Part shown: in pieces, positions 34,110 through 47,623 of the stretch
Position numbering within the stretch: position 1 is the first letter of the stretch
Layout: every line of letters begins with the position of its first letter
Source: Antechinus flavipes
Lineage: Eukaryota
DNA: 64,000 nucleotides
Direction of reading: 5' to 3'
NCBI RefSeq assembly: GCF_016432865.1
Contig: NC_067399.1
Span: 614,234,001-614,298,000 of the forward strand
The notes under the pieces: generated by a model
The model's database searches: none
Told to the model about the DNA's origin: nothing
The model's input: only the letters and a program-made list of their open reading frames with translations
Made by a program: the position numbers and the translations under genes

Positions 34110-35970
34110 CTGATCAAAAGACTGCCAAAAGTCTTCAGAACCACAACCCAAAGACAGCAATTCTGCAGCTCTCAGATTTCCTTATGGTCCAAATCTCACA
34201 TCCATATGTTGCTACTGGAAAAAAAAAAAAAGCTTTGAGTGTATGGACTTTTGTCAGCAAGCTAATGTCTCTGATTTTAGTCTGCTGCCCAGATTTCTTT
34301 CTAAAGGACCAAGAGTCTTTTAATTTTATGACTACAGTCATTGTCTATCTAAAATGATCTTTGAGCCAAGAATATGAAATTTGACTCTTGTTTCCATTTC
34401 TTCTCCCTTTGTTTGCTAGCAATTTTTATAGTCAAGCAAAACAAGTTCCATTCTTGTCCGTGTCCAAAATATGTCTCATATGCATGGGACCAGTTGCCAA
34501 GATCCAAGTTTTTTCATGTTAAGCCTCAAGCCAGCTTTTACACTCTACTCTTTCCCCCTCATCAAAAGGCTTCTTAATTTTTCTTTACTTTCTGCCATCA
34601 TATTGGTATTGTTTGCATATCTGAGATTGTCAATATTTCTCCTAAAAACCTTAATTCTGGCTCCATAATCCAGCAAATGTTGGCATTTTGGTTCCCAATT
34701 CCTCTTCTAAAACTAGTATGTTCTGGTAATTCTCAGTTCACATGTTGCTGAAATCTCGTGTTTAAGATCTTAAGCATAACTTTGTTGGTGTGTGAAATAA
34801 GCACAGTTGTTCAGCAACTTGAACATTCCTGGGTATTGTCCTTTTTTAGGACTGGGATGTAAAGTGATCTTTTCCAATCCAAGTGCTGCTATTAAATTTT
34901 CCAAATTTGCTGACACATCAAGTACAGCACTTTATCAGTATCATCTTTTAGGTTTTTAAAAAAAAAATATATATATTATATATATTTTACCATCACTATG
35001 CTTATTGTTAGCAATGCTTTCTAAAGTCTACTTGAGTTCATTCTCTAAGATGTCTAGCTCTAGAAAAGTAACCACACTATTGTTTTTATCTGTGAAATTA
35101 AAATCTTTCTTGTATAGTCCTTTTGTATATTCTTGCCACTTCTCTTAATAATTTCTGTTCTGTTTGTCTTTTATCATTCCCATTTTTGCATGACATGTTT
35201 TTTTGATATCTGTTTTTTTGATATCTCTGATTATCTCTGATTTTCTTGAAGAGATCTCTTATCTTTCCTATTTTATTGTTTTCTTCTGTTTTTTTGCATT
35301 GCTCACTAAAAAAACAAACAAAAAAACAACAAAAAACTTCTCCTTGCTCTTCTCTGGACTTCTGCCTTTACTTATATTGGAACAGCTATTCAGCAATATT
35401 TGAGATTATCCCCCAATATTTTTTCATCCTTTTGTTGACTGTGAGGGTTACTCCATTTCTTCTAAGAGATATATACCCACAGTAGATGTAGTGATTATCT
35501 GAATTAAATTCACCTGTTGCAGTCCATTTACGTTTACTGATACCCAAGTTGTTGATGTTTAATCTTTCCAGTTCCTGTTTTGACACATAGAACTTGCCTT
35601 GGTTCATAAATCTTATATGCCACGTTCCTATGCAATATTGATCATTAAAGCATCAGACTTTTCCTTTCATCATCAGACATATCCATAGTCAAGTTTCCTT
35701 TCAGCTTTGGCCTAGCTGCTTTACTGGCTACTTTTGGTTGTCTTGTGCTAATCCCCAGTAGCATGTTGGATACTTTCCTACTTCAGGGGCTCATCTTCTG
35801 ATGTCATATCTTTAATAATTTTAATATTGTTTGTAGAGTTTTCTGGACAAAGATACATGAGTGGTTTATAATTTCCTTCTCCAGTGGATCAATACTTATT
35901 AGTACTTTCCACTATGATCTATGTGTCTTGGTTAACTCTGCACAGCATAGCTCATAGTTTCATTGACCTA
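34110..35970 (-). mobile_element. Degenerate, internally deleted BovB-like RTE LINE
   Basis: Minus ORFs MNQGKFYVSKQELERLNINNLGISKRKWTATGEFNSDNHYIY (endonuclease) and RDISLLTKVHTLKA...PVATYGCEIWTIRK (C-terminus) resemble remembered BovB protein. Confidence 0.85.
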
Positions 35971-36049
35971 GAGATCTGTTAAAGAACCAATATTTATTGC
36001 CTAGAATTAGGGCACTCTCTCCCTTGAACTATACTAGATAAACATTGAG

Positions 36050-36320
36050 ATAAGATAGTGTAGTACAAAGAGCACTGGACTTGGATTCAGAAGAAATTTG
36101 GATTTGAATCTTTATCTTTTGCTAGCTCTGTGTCTATGGCAGGTCATTTAATTCCTATAAAACTCAGTTTCCTTGTTCATAAAATAAGAATGAGCATAAT
36201 ATCTCCCTCCCTCTTAGAGCTGTTGTGAGAATCAAATTAGATCAACAAACAACAAATATTAAGCACCTGAGCCACCAAATAAAATAACATGTGAAGTGCT
36301 TTGCAAATCTTAAGGTACTA
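36050..36320 (+). mobile_element. MIR SINE
   Basis: gagcactggacttggattcagaag...ctcagtttccttgttcataaaataag...ttgtgagaatcaaattagat. Confidence 0.75.
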
Positions 36321-36451
36321 NNNNNNNNNNNNNNNNNNNNNNNNNNNNNNNNNNNNNNNNNNNNNNNNNNNNNNNNNNNNNNNNNNNNNNNNNNNNNNNN
36401 NNNNNNNNNNNNNNNNNNNNNNNNNNNNNNNNNNNNNNNNNNNNNNNNNNN
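36321..36451. other. Assembly gap (131 N)
   Basis: Direct reading. Confidence 1.
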
Positions 36452-36665
36452 TTCAGTCACATACAACTTTTGTAACCCCATTTGGGGTTTTCTTGGCAAA
36501 GACACTGGAATGGTTTGTCATTTCCTTCTCCAGATTATTTTACAAATGAGGAAACTGAGAAAAACTAGAGTTAAGTGATTTTCCCAAAATCACACAGTAA
36601 GTGTATGAGGTCAGATTTTCACTCTAGTTTTCCTAACCCCAGGCTCAGTGTTCTATCTACTATGT
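36452..36665 (-). mobile_element. MAR1-type SINE
   Basis: cttggcaaagacactggaatggtttgtcatttcc + ttttacaaatgaggaaactgag. Confidence 0.8.
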
Positions 36666-36854
36666 CTTCATCTTCATTACTTACTCTATGTCAGGACCCT
36701 GATTATGCTAGGTGCCAGGCGTACAAATATAATGACCTAAATAGTTCTTAAATGCAGAGAAACAGCTACATACATAAGTATATGGTGAATAAATATAAAA
36801 CGAATAAATATAGAGTGATTGAAGAAGTTTAAGAAGGGGAGGGCCCTAATAATA

Positions 36855-37345
36855 TACCATAACCAAGTAGGATTCATAGCAGGAATGCAGGCTCATTCTA
36901 TGCTAGGTTCAATACTAGGAAAACTATTAGTATAATTGATTATATCAATAACCAAACCAACAGAAATATCTCAATAGATGAAGAAAAAGCATTTGACAAA
37001 ATCCAACACCCATTCCTATTAAAAACACTAGAGAGCATAGAAATCATTGGAATTTTCCTTAAAATGATCAGTAGGATCTATTTAAAACCATCAGCAAGCA
37101 TCATATGTGATGGGGATAAACTAGAAGCATTCCCAATAAGGTGAAATAAGGTTGCCCACTATCACTATTACTATTCAATATTGTATTAGAAGTGTTAGCT
37201 TTAGCAATAAGAGAAGAAAAAGACATCAAATGAATTAATAGGTAATTATCACTTTTTAAAGATATGATGGTATACTTAGAGAATCAATTTAAAAACTGCT
37301 AGAAACAATAATTTTAGCAAAGTTGAAGGATACAAAATCCACATA
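36855..37345 (+). mobile_element. L1 ORF2 RT fragment, degenerate
   Basis: atctcaatagatgaagaaaaagcatttgacaaaatccaacacccattc (SIDxEKAFDKIQHPF). Confidence 0.85.
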
Positions 37346-37379
37346 AGAAAGGAAGGACTCTTAGCAGTTGGAAAGATTC

Positions 37380-38250
37380 AAAAAAAGTTTCTGATAGGTG
37401 ATAGGATCTGAGACGACTCTTGAAAAAACCGAAGGATTTTAGGAGGGAAGTGAAAAGGGAGTATTTTCCAGGCATGGGTACAGTGAAGGCAAAGGCAGAG
37501 AGATGAGAAGATGGAGTATCAAGTGTATGGATACAGAGAGGAGGTCAGTTTGGAGAATGTACAAACAATGTTCAATGAGGCAAAAAAGCCAAATTGGGGT
37601 AGGGATACGTTGATAAATATTACCAACTAGTCTCTGAAAAAAAGGTTCACAAGATATACTTTTAAAGTGTATTCTATTAAAGTTTTTCTCCATCACTTTT
37701 TAAGCTTAGATAATAAGACAATCAAGACTTGATTTGTGGTGTTTGTCAATTCCCAAGCTGTAAATGCTCACACTGAAAATGTAACAATCAGCTCCGAGGT
37801 GTGAGCTAGCTGCAGCCCAACCCTGGGTTGGGGCAAGGTCGAGAAGGGCTTTAAGTGGAGGAGCTCAAGGCAAGGGGGTCGGATCTGCACTTAAGGACAA
37901 TCACTGGAAGCGCTGAAGGAAGGATGGGCTTGTTGAGACACCTTTGTAATCATCCAGGAGGTAATGAGGGACGCCTCTGATCTCAGGCAGCAGCTGTGTT
38001 AATGGCAAAAAGGGGCCACATGTAAGAGATGTTACAAAGGTAGAAACGAGAGGATGGTTAACTGATTGGATATGTGAGATGAAGGGGAAAAAAGAATGGG
38101 AAATCATGCTGAGGTTATGAACCAGGGACAGAAATAGAGAAGTTTAGTAAAGGGCCACATTTAGGGGGAAAGAGAGTGAGTTCTGTTTGGGACATGTTAA
38201 GTTTGAGATATCTCTAAGACATCCAGTTTGAAATATATCCAATATATTAT
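37380..38250 (-). mobile_element. L2 fragments
   Basis: Purine-rich L2-like blocks (ggattggatatgtgagatgaagggg; gagttctgtttgggacatgttaagtttgag). Confidence 0.6.
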
Positions 38251-38449
38251 TGGATTTTTTAGTTTTGGATTAGTATTGGATAGTTTAATTTAGCTCCTTT
38301 TTAGCCCCTATAGGGCTCCATATAGTTCAACAACTGTCTGCTTTATCTTTCTGCTAATTAACTTCCAAAACTGCAGTTTTCTTTGAGCAGGTTCTCTTTA
38401 GATTTTTGTAGTTGGGGAGATAACATATTTAGTCTCATCTTATAGGGTA

Positions 38450-39085
38450 AGATGGCAGCTAAGGTGGTATAGAAGGCAGAAGCTGGGTTGGAGTCAAGGA
38501 GATTTGAATTCAAATTGAGCCTCAGATGTGTGTTGCTAGCTTTGTGACTCCAGGAAAATAATTTTACTTCAGTTTTCTCAACAGTAAAACCTCTCAAGAT
38601 TGTCATGAGGATTAAATGAGATATTTATAAAGGCACTTAGCATGATCCCTAACACATGATAAATGATATATTCCCTTATTTGCCCAGCCCCATTTCATTA
38701 GCCATATTCCTTTAAGGTTTAGCTACAATTTCAGAGGGTAATATTTTCTGACTTTGTCCTCAAATGCTGATGGGCCTGGAATGTCCAAAAAGGAAAAGAA
38801 ACAGGAATAGTATGAGTTCCCAGAGGACCTTGATTAAAATGGTAATATTTAGAACTAGACCTAGTTCTAGAGGCAGCTAGACAATGCAGTCAATAGATCT
38901 GAATCATGAAGAACCCTGAATTCAAATAAGCCCCCAGACATTTACTAGCTGTGTGATCCTGGACAAGTCACTTAACTCCCTTTTCCTCTGTTTCTCAAAT
39001 TAGAAAAGAAAATGGCAAACCACTGAAATATTTCTGCCAAGAAAAGCCCAAAATAGGTCCAAAGAGTCAGACGTGCCTGAACAGT
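38450..39085 (+). mobile_element. MIR (about 38450-38670) and MAR1-type SINE (about 38870-39085)
   Basis: SINE heads, CORE and aaatggcaaaccactg tail. Confidence 0.7.
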
Positions 39086-39872
39086 TCTTTTATTCGACCT
39101 CTTTTCCCCCTTTGATTTTTTAAAATTAAAATATATTTATTTTCTTTCCCTTTACCCTATCCCAAAGAAAAATAAATCGCTTAAAATTAATATGCTTAGA
39201 AAATCAACACATGCTATGTTCACTTCTTTTTTCTGATTTTTTTTCTCTTGTGGTTTTTCTCTTTTGTTCTAATTTTTCTCTCCCAATATAATTCATAAAG
39301 AAATGTATGTTTACATTTTTGTGGGGAAAAGATATGGTAGACTCTTGTGAATTATTGAATGAGATCCCTAAGAAATATATCTTTATTGATTTTACCATGA
39401 CTTTATAAATATGATTATGGCCATGACAATGAGCCAAATTACAAAGAATTCAACAATAAATTTAAAAAGAATAAATGCCTTTAAAGATCATACTTCAATA
39501 AAAATTGAAATAACAAAAATGTGTATTTAAAAAGTTAGTATACATGTTTAACCAGAAAAAAAAACAATTTTTTAAAAAAGCACTATTATGCTTAGTCAAA
39601 CAAAATGAATTCCCACATTGTCCATGATACCAAAATATGACTGTGCATCCTGAGTACATTACCTTTCTGTCAGGAGGTGAGTAACATAAGTTAATTATCA
39701 ATTCTCTATAATTAAAGATAGTTATTGCATTGACCTGATCCTGACCCACTGTTTGACTTCTCACACTATTTCAAACCTCTCCCCAAGTCACTAAGTTCAC
39801 CAAAGCCACTCAGGTCTTTTTAAATAACTTTCTGTCCAGTTACACTTCTCTCATCTTGTTTTTGTGAATTTG

Positions 39873-39876
<4 letters not shown>

Positions 39877-39910
<34 letters not shown>
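39877..39910 (+). repeat. (TG)17 microsatellite
   Basis: Direct reading. Confidence 0.95.
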
Positions 39911-39911
<1 letters not shown>

Positions 39912-40384
39912 CTTGCCATTTATTATTCTTATATTTAATTTTTAAAAATCAATCTAGCCCAACATTTTACCTTCCAGAATCTTTTGGGATATCTCTACAA
40001 CATTAGTTAATATATTATTATATCCAATATATAATATTGATATTATATAAAATCATAATTTATAATTGATATAATATAATATATAATATTGATATCATAT
40101 TAATACAACATATCTAATAATATAATTACATTAATATTAGTTATTCTTCTCAATTTTGTATCTTCCACAGACTTGATATGCATGTTCAGCTATGCTTTTA
40201 TCTAAGTCATTGATAGACATATTAAGTACCATTCCTGTATCCCTGAGACATCATACTCCTTCCAAATTAATAAAAATCTATTAATGACTGACTCTTTGGG
40301 TTTCAATTTACCTAACTAGATTGTGTATCACATTTTTAACCATATCCACAAAAATAGCATGAGATATGTTTTCAAATGCTCTTT

Positions 40385-40515
40385 ATTTTTTGCTTAGGCA
40401 ATTAGGGTTAAATTATTTGCCCAAGATCATGCAGCTAGTAAATGTTAATTGTCTGATGGTGGATTTGAACTCAGGTCCTCCCGACTTCAGGGCTGGTGCT
40501 CTATCCACTGCCCCC
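40385..40515 (-). mobile_element. WSINE1-like SINE
   Basis: gatttgaactcaggtcctcccgacttcagggctggtgctctatccactgc. Confidence 0.8.
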
Positions 40516-41089
40516 TCAAATGCTGTTCTGAAAGCTGGACAGACTATAGCCACAACTTTCCACCACAAAAATCCCCATATATACTATACCAGTAGTATAC
40601 CAAACTATAGCTACAACTTTCCCTTAATATATGTCCATATATACTATATATACACATATACATATATATGTTGGTTTTGTTATATGTTTCCTCCTTACAT
40701 ATGTCCCTATTTTCTCCTGTCCACATCATATATGTATACTCCAATGACAATATTGCTTCTATTTCTGTTTATTCCTCTTCACCATGCTTCTTCACTTTGG
40801 TTCTAAGATTTCCTTATATGAGAATACCTTATAATGTTATCATTTTTACTTTATACTTCACTTTATCCCTTTTTCTTGAGATTTATTAAAACTATATTCC
40901 TATCATAGGCCTTTCTCACCATATCTTAATGGCATGTTTGAGATGAAATGTGCCCTTAGATCTTTAGTGTACTTTGCTTTTTGGACATATTCTTTTTGCA
41001 TTTGTATCTAGACTTCCAAGAGCATGTTTTTATTTTATTTTATTCTATTTTATTGCTAAATTTTCTTTCTCAGGAAATTTTGTCTAATC

Positions 41090-42310
41090 AAAAATTCTAC
41101 AGTCATCAGAATTGATCATCTTATAATCTTGTTGCTGTGTACAGTAATCTCCTGGTTCTGTTCACTCCACTCAGCATCAGTTCATGTAAGTCTCTCCAGG
41201 CCTTTCTGAAATCACCCTGCTGGTCATTTCTTATAGAACAATAATATTCCATAACATTCATAAAACACAATTTACTCAGCCATTCTCCAAGTGTTTGGCA
41301 ACTCCAAGTCCAACTGGCATCCACTCAGTTTCCAGTTTCTTGCCACTACAAAAAGGACTGCCACAAACATTTTTGCACATGTGGGTCCCTTTCCCAACAT
41401 TCATTTTTTTTAAATAAAATTTTGAGTTGCAAATTTTTCTTCCTTCTTTCTTTACCTCTCTCCTCTCCAAGATGGTAAGCAATTTGATATATGTGCAATT
41501 GTAAAACATATTTTCATATTAGTCACATTGTGAAAGAGGAAACATGCAAAAGGAAAAAAAAAGCTATGGAAAAAATAAAGTGAAAAATAGTATGCTTCTA
41601 TATGCATTCAGACATCATCAGTTCTTTCTCTGAATATGGATAATATTTTCCATCATGAGACTTATAGAATTGTCTTGGGTCATTGTATTGCTGAAAAGAG
41701 CTATACATCACAGTGTTGTAGTTACTGGGTACAATGCTCAATTCTGCTCAGTTCACTTTACATCAGTTCATATAAGTCTTTCCAGGTTTTTCTTAAATTT
41801 ACCTAGTTCATTTTTCATAGCACAGTAATATTCCATTATGTTAACGTACCCCAATTTATGTTCAGGCAATCCCTAATTGAGGGGCAATCCTTCAATTTCT
41901 AATTCTTTGCTACCACAAAAAGAGCTGCTATAATTATTTTCATGTAAGTAGTTCTTTTCCCTTTTTTATTATCTCTTTGGCATACAGACCCAGTAGTGTT
42001 ATTACTGAATCAAAGCATATATACAGTTTAATTGCCCTTTGAGCAGGGGTCCAAAATGGTCTCCAGAATTTTTGGTTCAGTTTATAACTCTACTAACAGT
42101 GTATTAGTGTTCCAATTTTTCCACATTTTCTCTAACATTTATCATTTTCCCTTTTCTGTCATATTAGACAATCTGATAGGAGTGAGATGATATCTCAGAG
42201 TTGTTTTAACTTGCATTTCTCTAACTAATAGTGATTTAAAGCATTTTTTAATATGACAGCAGCTTTGAACTCTTAATCTGAAAACTACCTGTTCATGTCC
42301 TTTGACCATG
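41090..42310 (-). mobile_element. L1 ORF2 C-terminus/3' end fragments (at least two copies)
   Basis: Reverse complement of the motifs at 24375-25275 and 42995-43815. Confidence 0.8.
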
Positions 42311-42994
42311 GAAATGTTATTTCTGCTTTATTTTTACTTCGTTATTTTCTCAAAGATTCTTGGCCTTTTTTTCCTTGAAATTACTTTTATTAGTATTTAA
42401 TTTAGGTCTACAAAATAATGTTTATTAGCAGTAAATTAACATGATAAATTTATAAGTTAATTTAGGCAGTCTTGTAATGTTTATTATGTTGGCACATCCC
42501 AAAAAAGGCAACCAATATTCATTTAGTTATTGGTCATTCTTTATTCTTTAAAAGATTTTATATGTCTTTGTTCCTTGGTAGATTGACTTCCAGATTTTTT
42601 TTTTTTTTTTTTTTTGCTGTTTGTATTTATTTTGAATGAGATTTCCTTTACTATTATTTTCTTGTGGATTTTGTCATTCCTATTTGGAAATACTATTATT
42701 TTTGTAAATGTATGTTGCACCCTGCTCCTCTTCTGAAGTTGTTTATCTGGGTTTGTTTCTTTAATGAATTTCTGGAGTTTTCTAAAAGTAAATCATGATA
42801 TTCTCAACAAATGGGAATGATTTTTGTGTCCCATACCCATAGTTATACCTTTAATTTTTTTGCTCTTATCTTATTTCTGTCCCTAGTGTTTTTAAAACTC
42901 TGGCTAGCAACACTGAGAAAAGGTAATACCTTTGTTTTACTACTACATTCACTAGGAAAGTTTCTGATATTTTTCCATTGCAAATAATGCTAGC

Positions 42995-43815
42995 ATAAAC
43001 TGGGAAAACATTTTTACATTTAAGAGATTAAGGGTTCTGATAAAGGCCTCATTTCTAAAATATATAGAGAATTAACTCAAAAGTATAAGAATTCAAGCCA
43101 TTCCCCAATGGATGAATAGCCAAAGGCTATGAACAGACAATTTTCAGACAAAGAAATTGAAGCTTTTTCTAGTCACATGAAAAGATGTTCCAAATCACTC
43201 TTGATCAGAGAAATGCAAATTAAGACAACTCTGAGATATTACTACATACCTGTCAGATTGGCTAAGATGACAGGAAAAGATAATGTGGAATGTTTCAGGG
43301 GATGTGGAAAAACTGGGACACTGATGTATTGTTGGTGGAACTGTAAAAGAATCCAACCATTCTAGAGAAAAATTTGGAACTATGCTCAAAAAGTTATCAA
43401 ACTGTGCATACCCTTTGATCCAGCAGTGTTTGTACTGGGCTTATGTCCCAAAGAAATGCTAAAGAAAGGAAAGGGGCCTACATATGCAAGAATGTTTATG
43501 GCAGCCCTGTTTGTAGTGGCCAGAAACTGGAAATTGAAGGGATGCCCATCAATTGGAAAATGGCTGGATAAGTTATGGTATTTGAATGTTATGGAATATT
43601 ATTGTTCTATAAGAAATGATTAGCAGGATGAATACAGAGAGGCTTGGAGAGACTTACATGAACTGATGCTAAATGAAATGAGCAGAACCAGGAGATCATT
43701 ATACATGGCAACAAGAAAACTATATGATAATCAATTCTGATGGACTTGGCTCTCTTCAACAACGAGATGATTCAGGCCAGTTCTAATTGTTCAGTGATGA
43801 AGAGAGCCATCTGTG
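42995..43815 (+). mobile_element. L1 ORF2 C-terminus/3'UTR
   Basis: MNRQFSDKEIEA...MKRCSKSLLIREMQIKTTLRY ORF at 43129-43365. Confidence 0.9.
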
Positions 43816-43834
43816 GGAACTGCAAATATATTCT

Positions 43835-44587
43835 TTTTTTAAATTAACATTTATTTTTAAAACATTGGCAAGGATAATTTTTCATTCATTAACCCTTGCA
43901 AAACTTTGTGTTTCAGTTTTCCCCTCTTTCCTTCCTCCTTCCCCTAGATGGCAAGTAGTCTAATATATGTTAAACTATATGGATAATTCTTTTTTCTTTA
44001 TTTATTAATTTATTTTTTAATCATTATAGCTTTTTATTTACAAGATACATGCATGGGTGATTTTTCAGCATTGATTCTTGCAAAACCTTCTGTTCCAACT
44101 TTTCCCCTCCTTCTTCCCACTCCCTCCCCGAAATGGCAGACAGACCCATACATGTTAAACATGTTAAAGTATATGTTAAATACAATATATGTATACATAT
44201 ACATGGAAAATTTTCAACATTCACCCCTACAAAACTTTGTGCTCTCATTTTTTCTTTCTCTTTCCCCCACCCTCTCCCCTAGACAGTAGGTGATCCAATA
44301 TATGTTAAACATGTGTGATTCTTCTATACATATTTCCACAAATATCCCAGCAAATATATTCTTTTTTTTTAATTTAAATTTTATTTTATTTAATAATAAC
44401 TTTGTATTGACAGAATCCATGCCAGGGTAATTTTTTACAACATTATCCCTTGCACTCGCTTATGTTTCGATTTTTTTCCCCTCCCTCCCTTACCCCCCCA
44501 CCCCCAAGATGGCAAGCAGTCCTATAAATGTTAAATATGTTGCAGTATATCCTAGATACAATACATATTTCCAGCAAATATATTCTT
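43835..44587 (-). mobile_element. Stack of short L1 3'-tail insertions; one (44362-44570) has a 15-bp TSD CCAGCAAATATATTC
   Basis: TSD at 44347-44361 and 44571-44585, with poly-T next to the left copy. Confidence 0.8.
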
Positions 44588-45129
44588 GATAACTTTGGGT
44601 AGACACTCTCATTGTTTCTGTCCAAGAGCTAATACGTCATTCCAATATTCGATGTTATTTAACACAGGAGACTGTTTTAAGAGGATGCACTGATACACAC
44701 CGACATCACGGGGAACCTGGGCAAGCAGGGGACTGTCTGAGAGTAGGCAAGCCAGAGAAAGGGTAGGAAAGAAAAACAACCAAGATAATGTCTATTTCAC
44801 AATTTTGCCTGAGATTAATTCTGGCCCTGTGGCCGCTTGGCCTGTATTGGCCATGTTCCTACCTTTTATTTGTGCAGGAGAGATTCCGAATCCCAGGTTC
44901 CTGCCCTGTTCCTCTCCAGCCCCCTCTGCTCGCTTGGTGTATGGGAAACCCTCACACTTGTTATGCATCCTTTCCTTGCCAACACATCCACACATGCACA
45001 GCCTTTCTTAGCCTGGTTCCCTTCAGTGCCTTTAGTTGCTTAAATGAGCCACTGTCATTGTAAGATTGACGGTTCCACTCCCTATAAGAATAAATATCGT
45101 GTTGTTGCCCAACTGGGTCTGAGTCCCTA

Positions 45130-45345
45130 GGATGGGTAGTGATTAGCTTTGGAATCAGGAAGACTCATCTTCCTGAGCTCAAATATGGCCTCAGACACTT
45201 ACTGTGTGATCCTGAGCAAGTCACTTGATTTTGCCCATTTCCTCATCTGTAAAATGAGAAGGAAATGGCAAACCACTCCAGTATCTCTCCCAAGAGAACC
45301 TAAAATGGAGTCATGAATGTTTCATGTCTGAAACAACCCAACAAT
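45130..45345 (+). mobile_element. MAR1-type SINE
   Basis: ctcagacacttactgtgtgatcctgagcaagtcac...gaaggaaatggcaaaccactccagtatc. Confidence 0.8.
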
Positions 45346-45754
45346 GATAAGAACAATGTCTGTTCCTAGAATTAGGTAACCAGAATCAGAAGACCATGGT
45401 TGTAACAATAACTGTTTAGATTTTCTCTCTTTCGGATGAAATGTAAAGAGTCAGCTTCTTGAGGGCAGGACTTACTTCATTTTTATCTGTGCCTTGGAAG
45501 GTACCTAACAGATAAGGTACCTCATGAATATTTGTTAAACTGAATTGAATTAAACTCAGGAGAAGAAACTCCCAGAATTTTATCTTATTCAAATACTGGT
45601 CAGATTTAATAATTAAGTAACATTAATTTTGCCTTTTAAGGAACACTTTTCTCACACCCTGTGACATAAGTAATGAATGTGTTGCCAAAATATAATGGAA
45701 AATGTGCTCAACTTTGAGTCAGGAGCCTGAATTCACATACAAATTCAACCACTT

Positions 45755-46280
45755 ACATGAATGTTATGGAATATTATTGTTCTACAAGAAAGGACCAACT
45801 GGATGATTTCAGAGAGTCCTGAAGAGGCATGAACTGATGCTGAGTGAAACCAGGAGATCATTGCACATAACCATAGCAAGACTATTCGATGATCAATTCT
45901 GATGGACGTGGCTCTCTCCAAAAATAACATGATCCAGGCCAGTTTGAGCCATGCACACCCAGAGAGAGGACTATGAGAACTGAGTGTGGTTCATAACACA
46001 GCAACTTCACTCTTTGTTGTTTGCTAGCATTTTATTTTTTTATTTCTTTTCCAATTTGATTTGATTTTTCTTGTGCAGCAAGATAATTGTATAAATGTGT
46101 ATACATAGATTGGATTTAACATATATTTCTACCTTGTTTAACATATATTGTAATATTTGCCATCTAGGGGAAGGGGGATGGGGGAAGAGGGAGAAAATTG
46201 AAATACAAGGTTTTTCAAGGGTTAATGTTCAAGAATTATCCATGCATATTTTTGAAAATAAAAAACTTTAATAAAAAAAG
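45755..46280 (+). mobile_element. L1 3'UTR/tail
   Basis: gaatgttatggaatattattgttct...A-rich tail at about 46260-46280. Confidence 0.8.
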
Positions 46281-46596
46281 AATAATTGGATCAGTTCACA
46301 ACTCAGAAAAAAAAAATCAACCATTTAATCCTTGTTTGACTATGGGCAAGTGCCAGTCTTCATGTCTTTGAAAGGAAGGAGCTGGATTAAATGATCTCTG
46401 AGATCCCTTCCAGCTGATTCTAGGATCCTTTTTTTTTTTTTTTTTTTTTTTAATAGAAGAAATTGATAAGTGATGTGCTGAGAATTGTGTAACTAGTAAG
46501 TGTTGGGGCCAGAATCTGTGCACTAGCTCCAAGGCCATGGTTCTTCCTCTTTCCCCTTGATGACTCCCTCAGGCAGTAATGGGTTCTTTGTTGCAG

Positions 46597-46725
46597 GCTT
46601 TGTGGTGCAGGGGTCCAATGGTGAGTTCCCCTTCCTGACAAGCATTGAGCGGCTGGAGGTGGTGAGCCGAATTCGACAGGTGATGCCCAAGGACAAGCTC
46701 TTACTAGCTGGCTCAGGCTGCGAGT
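46597..46725 (+). CDS. HOGA1: HOGA1 exon 2
   Basis: ttgcag|(G)[43 protein letters not shown]|gtaag, 129 nt. Confidence 0.96.
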
Positions 46726-46962
46726 GTAAGAAGCCACAGGGGATCCTTGGGTGGGGTAGTGGGTCAGTGAGTCACACTTCCTCAGTCCTTTGGGGTTAGA
46801 ATATGGATTACTTTGCTTGGCTCACTCTGAGGTGTCTGATTTCTTTGTCTCAGAACTGTCCTTCCTCCTTCAGGGCCAGGAAAGTGGAAAAATTCGAGTT
46901 TTAATCTTAAATCAGTTATTCACCAGTTGCATGATCTGGAAAAAATCCCTTAATTTCTCTGA

Positions 46963-47235
<273 letters not shown>

Positions 47236-47488
47236 TGAGGGGCTCAGAAAATGGGGCAAGGGCTGGTTTGGGCAGGAGAAAAAGAATTAAGCTTAAAGAA
47301 TTAAACATTAGGTGGGTTTTTTTGGAGGAAGATAAAGTCTGTATGTCCTAGGGGTGCTCTCCATTGGAATGAGTAAAATGTGTTTAAGGTACAGGTGATT
47401 TGGGAAATCCAAGGTTGGAAGCAGGAGGGCCCCATGTTGCTCAGGACCGGGGCAGGTGCTTACACTGTCTCCTCTTTGTATCCTTCAG

Positions 47489-47623
47489 GTGGCTGATCTG
47501 TCCCCCATCCCGATAGTGCTGTATAATGTCCCAGCCAACACAGGACTAGATCTGCCTGTGGAGGCTGTGGTCACCTTATCTCAGCACCCGAACATCGTGG
47601 GCATTAAGGAGAGCGGAGGAGAT
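47489..47623 (+). CDS. HOGA1: HOGA1 exon 4 (catalytic Tyr and Schiff-base Lys)
   Basis: ttcag|[45 protein letters not shown]|gtcagt, 135 nt. Confidence 0.96.

Noticed and set aside
36242-36578. ORFs spanning the N run
   Set aside because: Artefacts of the assembly gap
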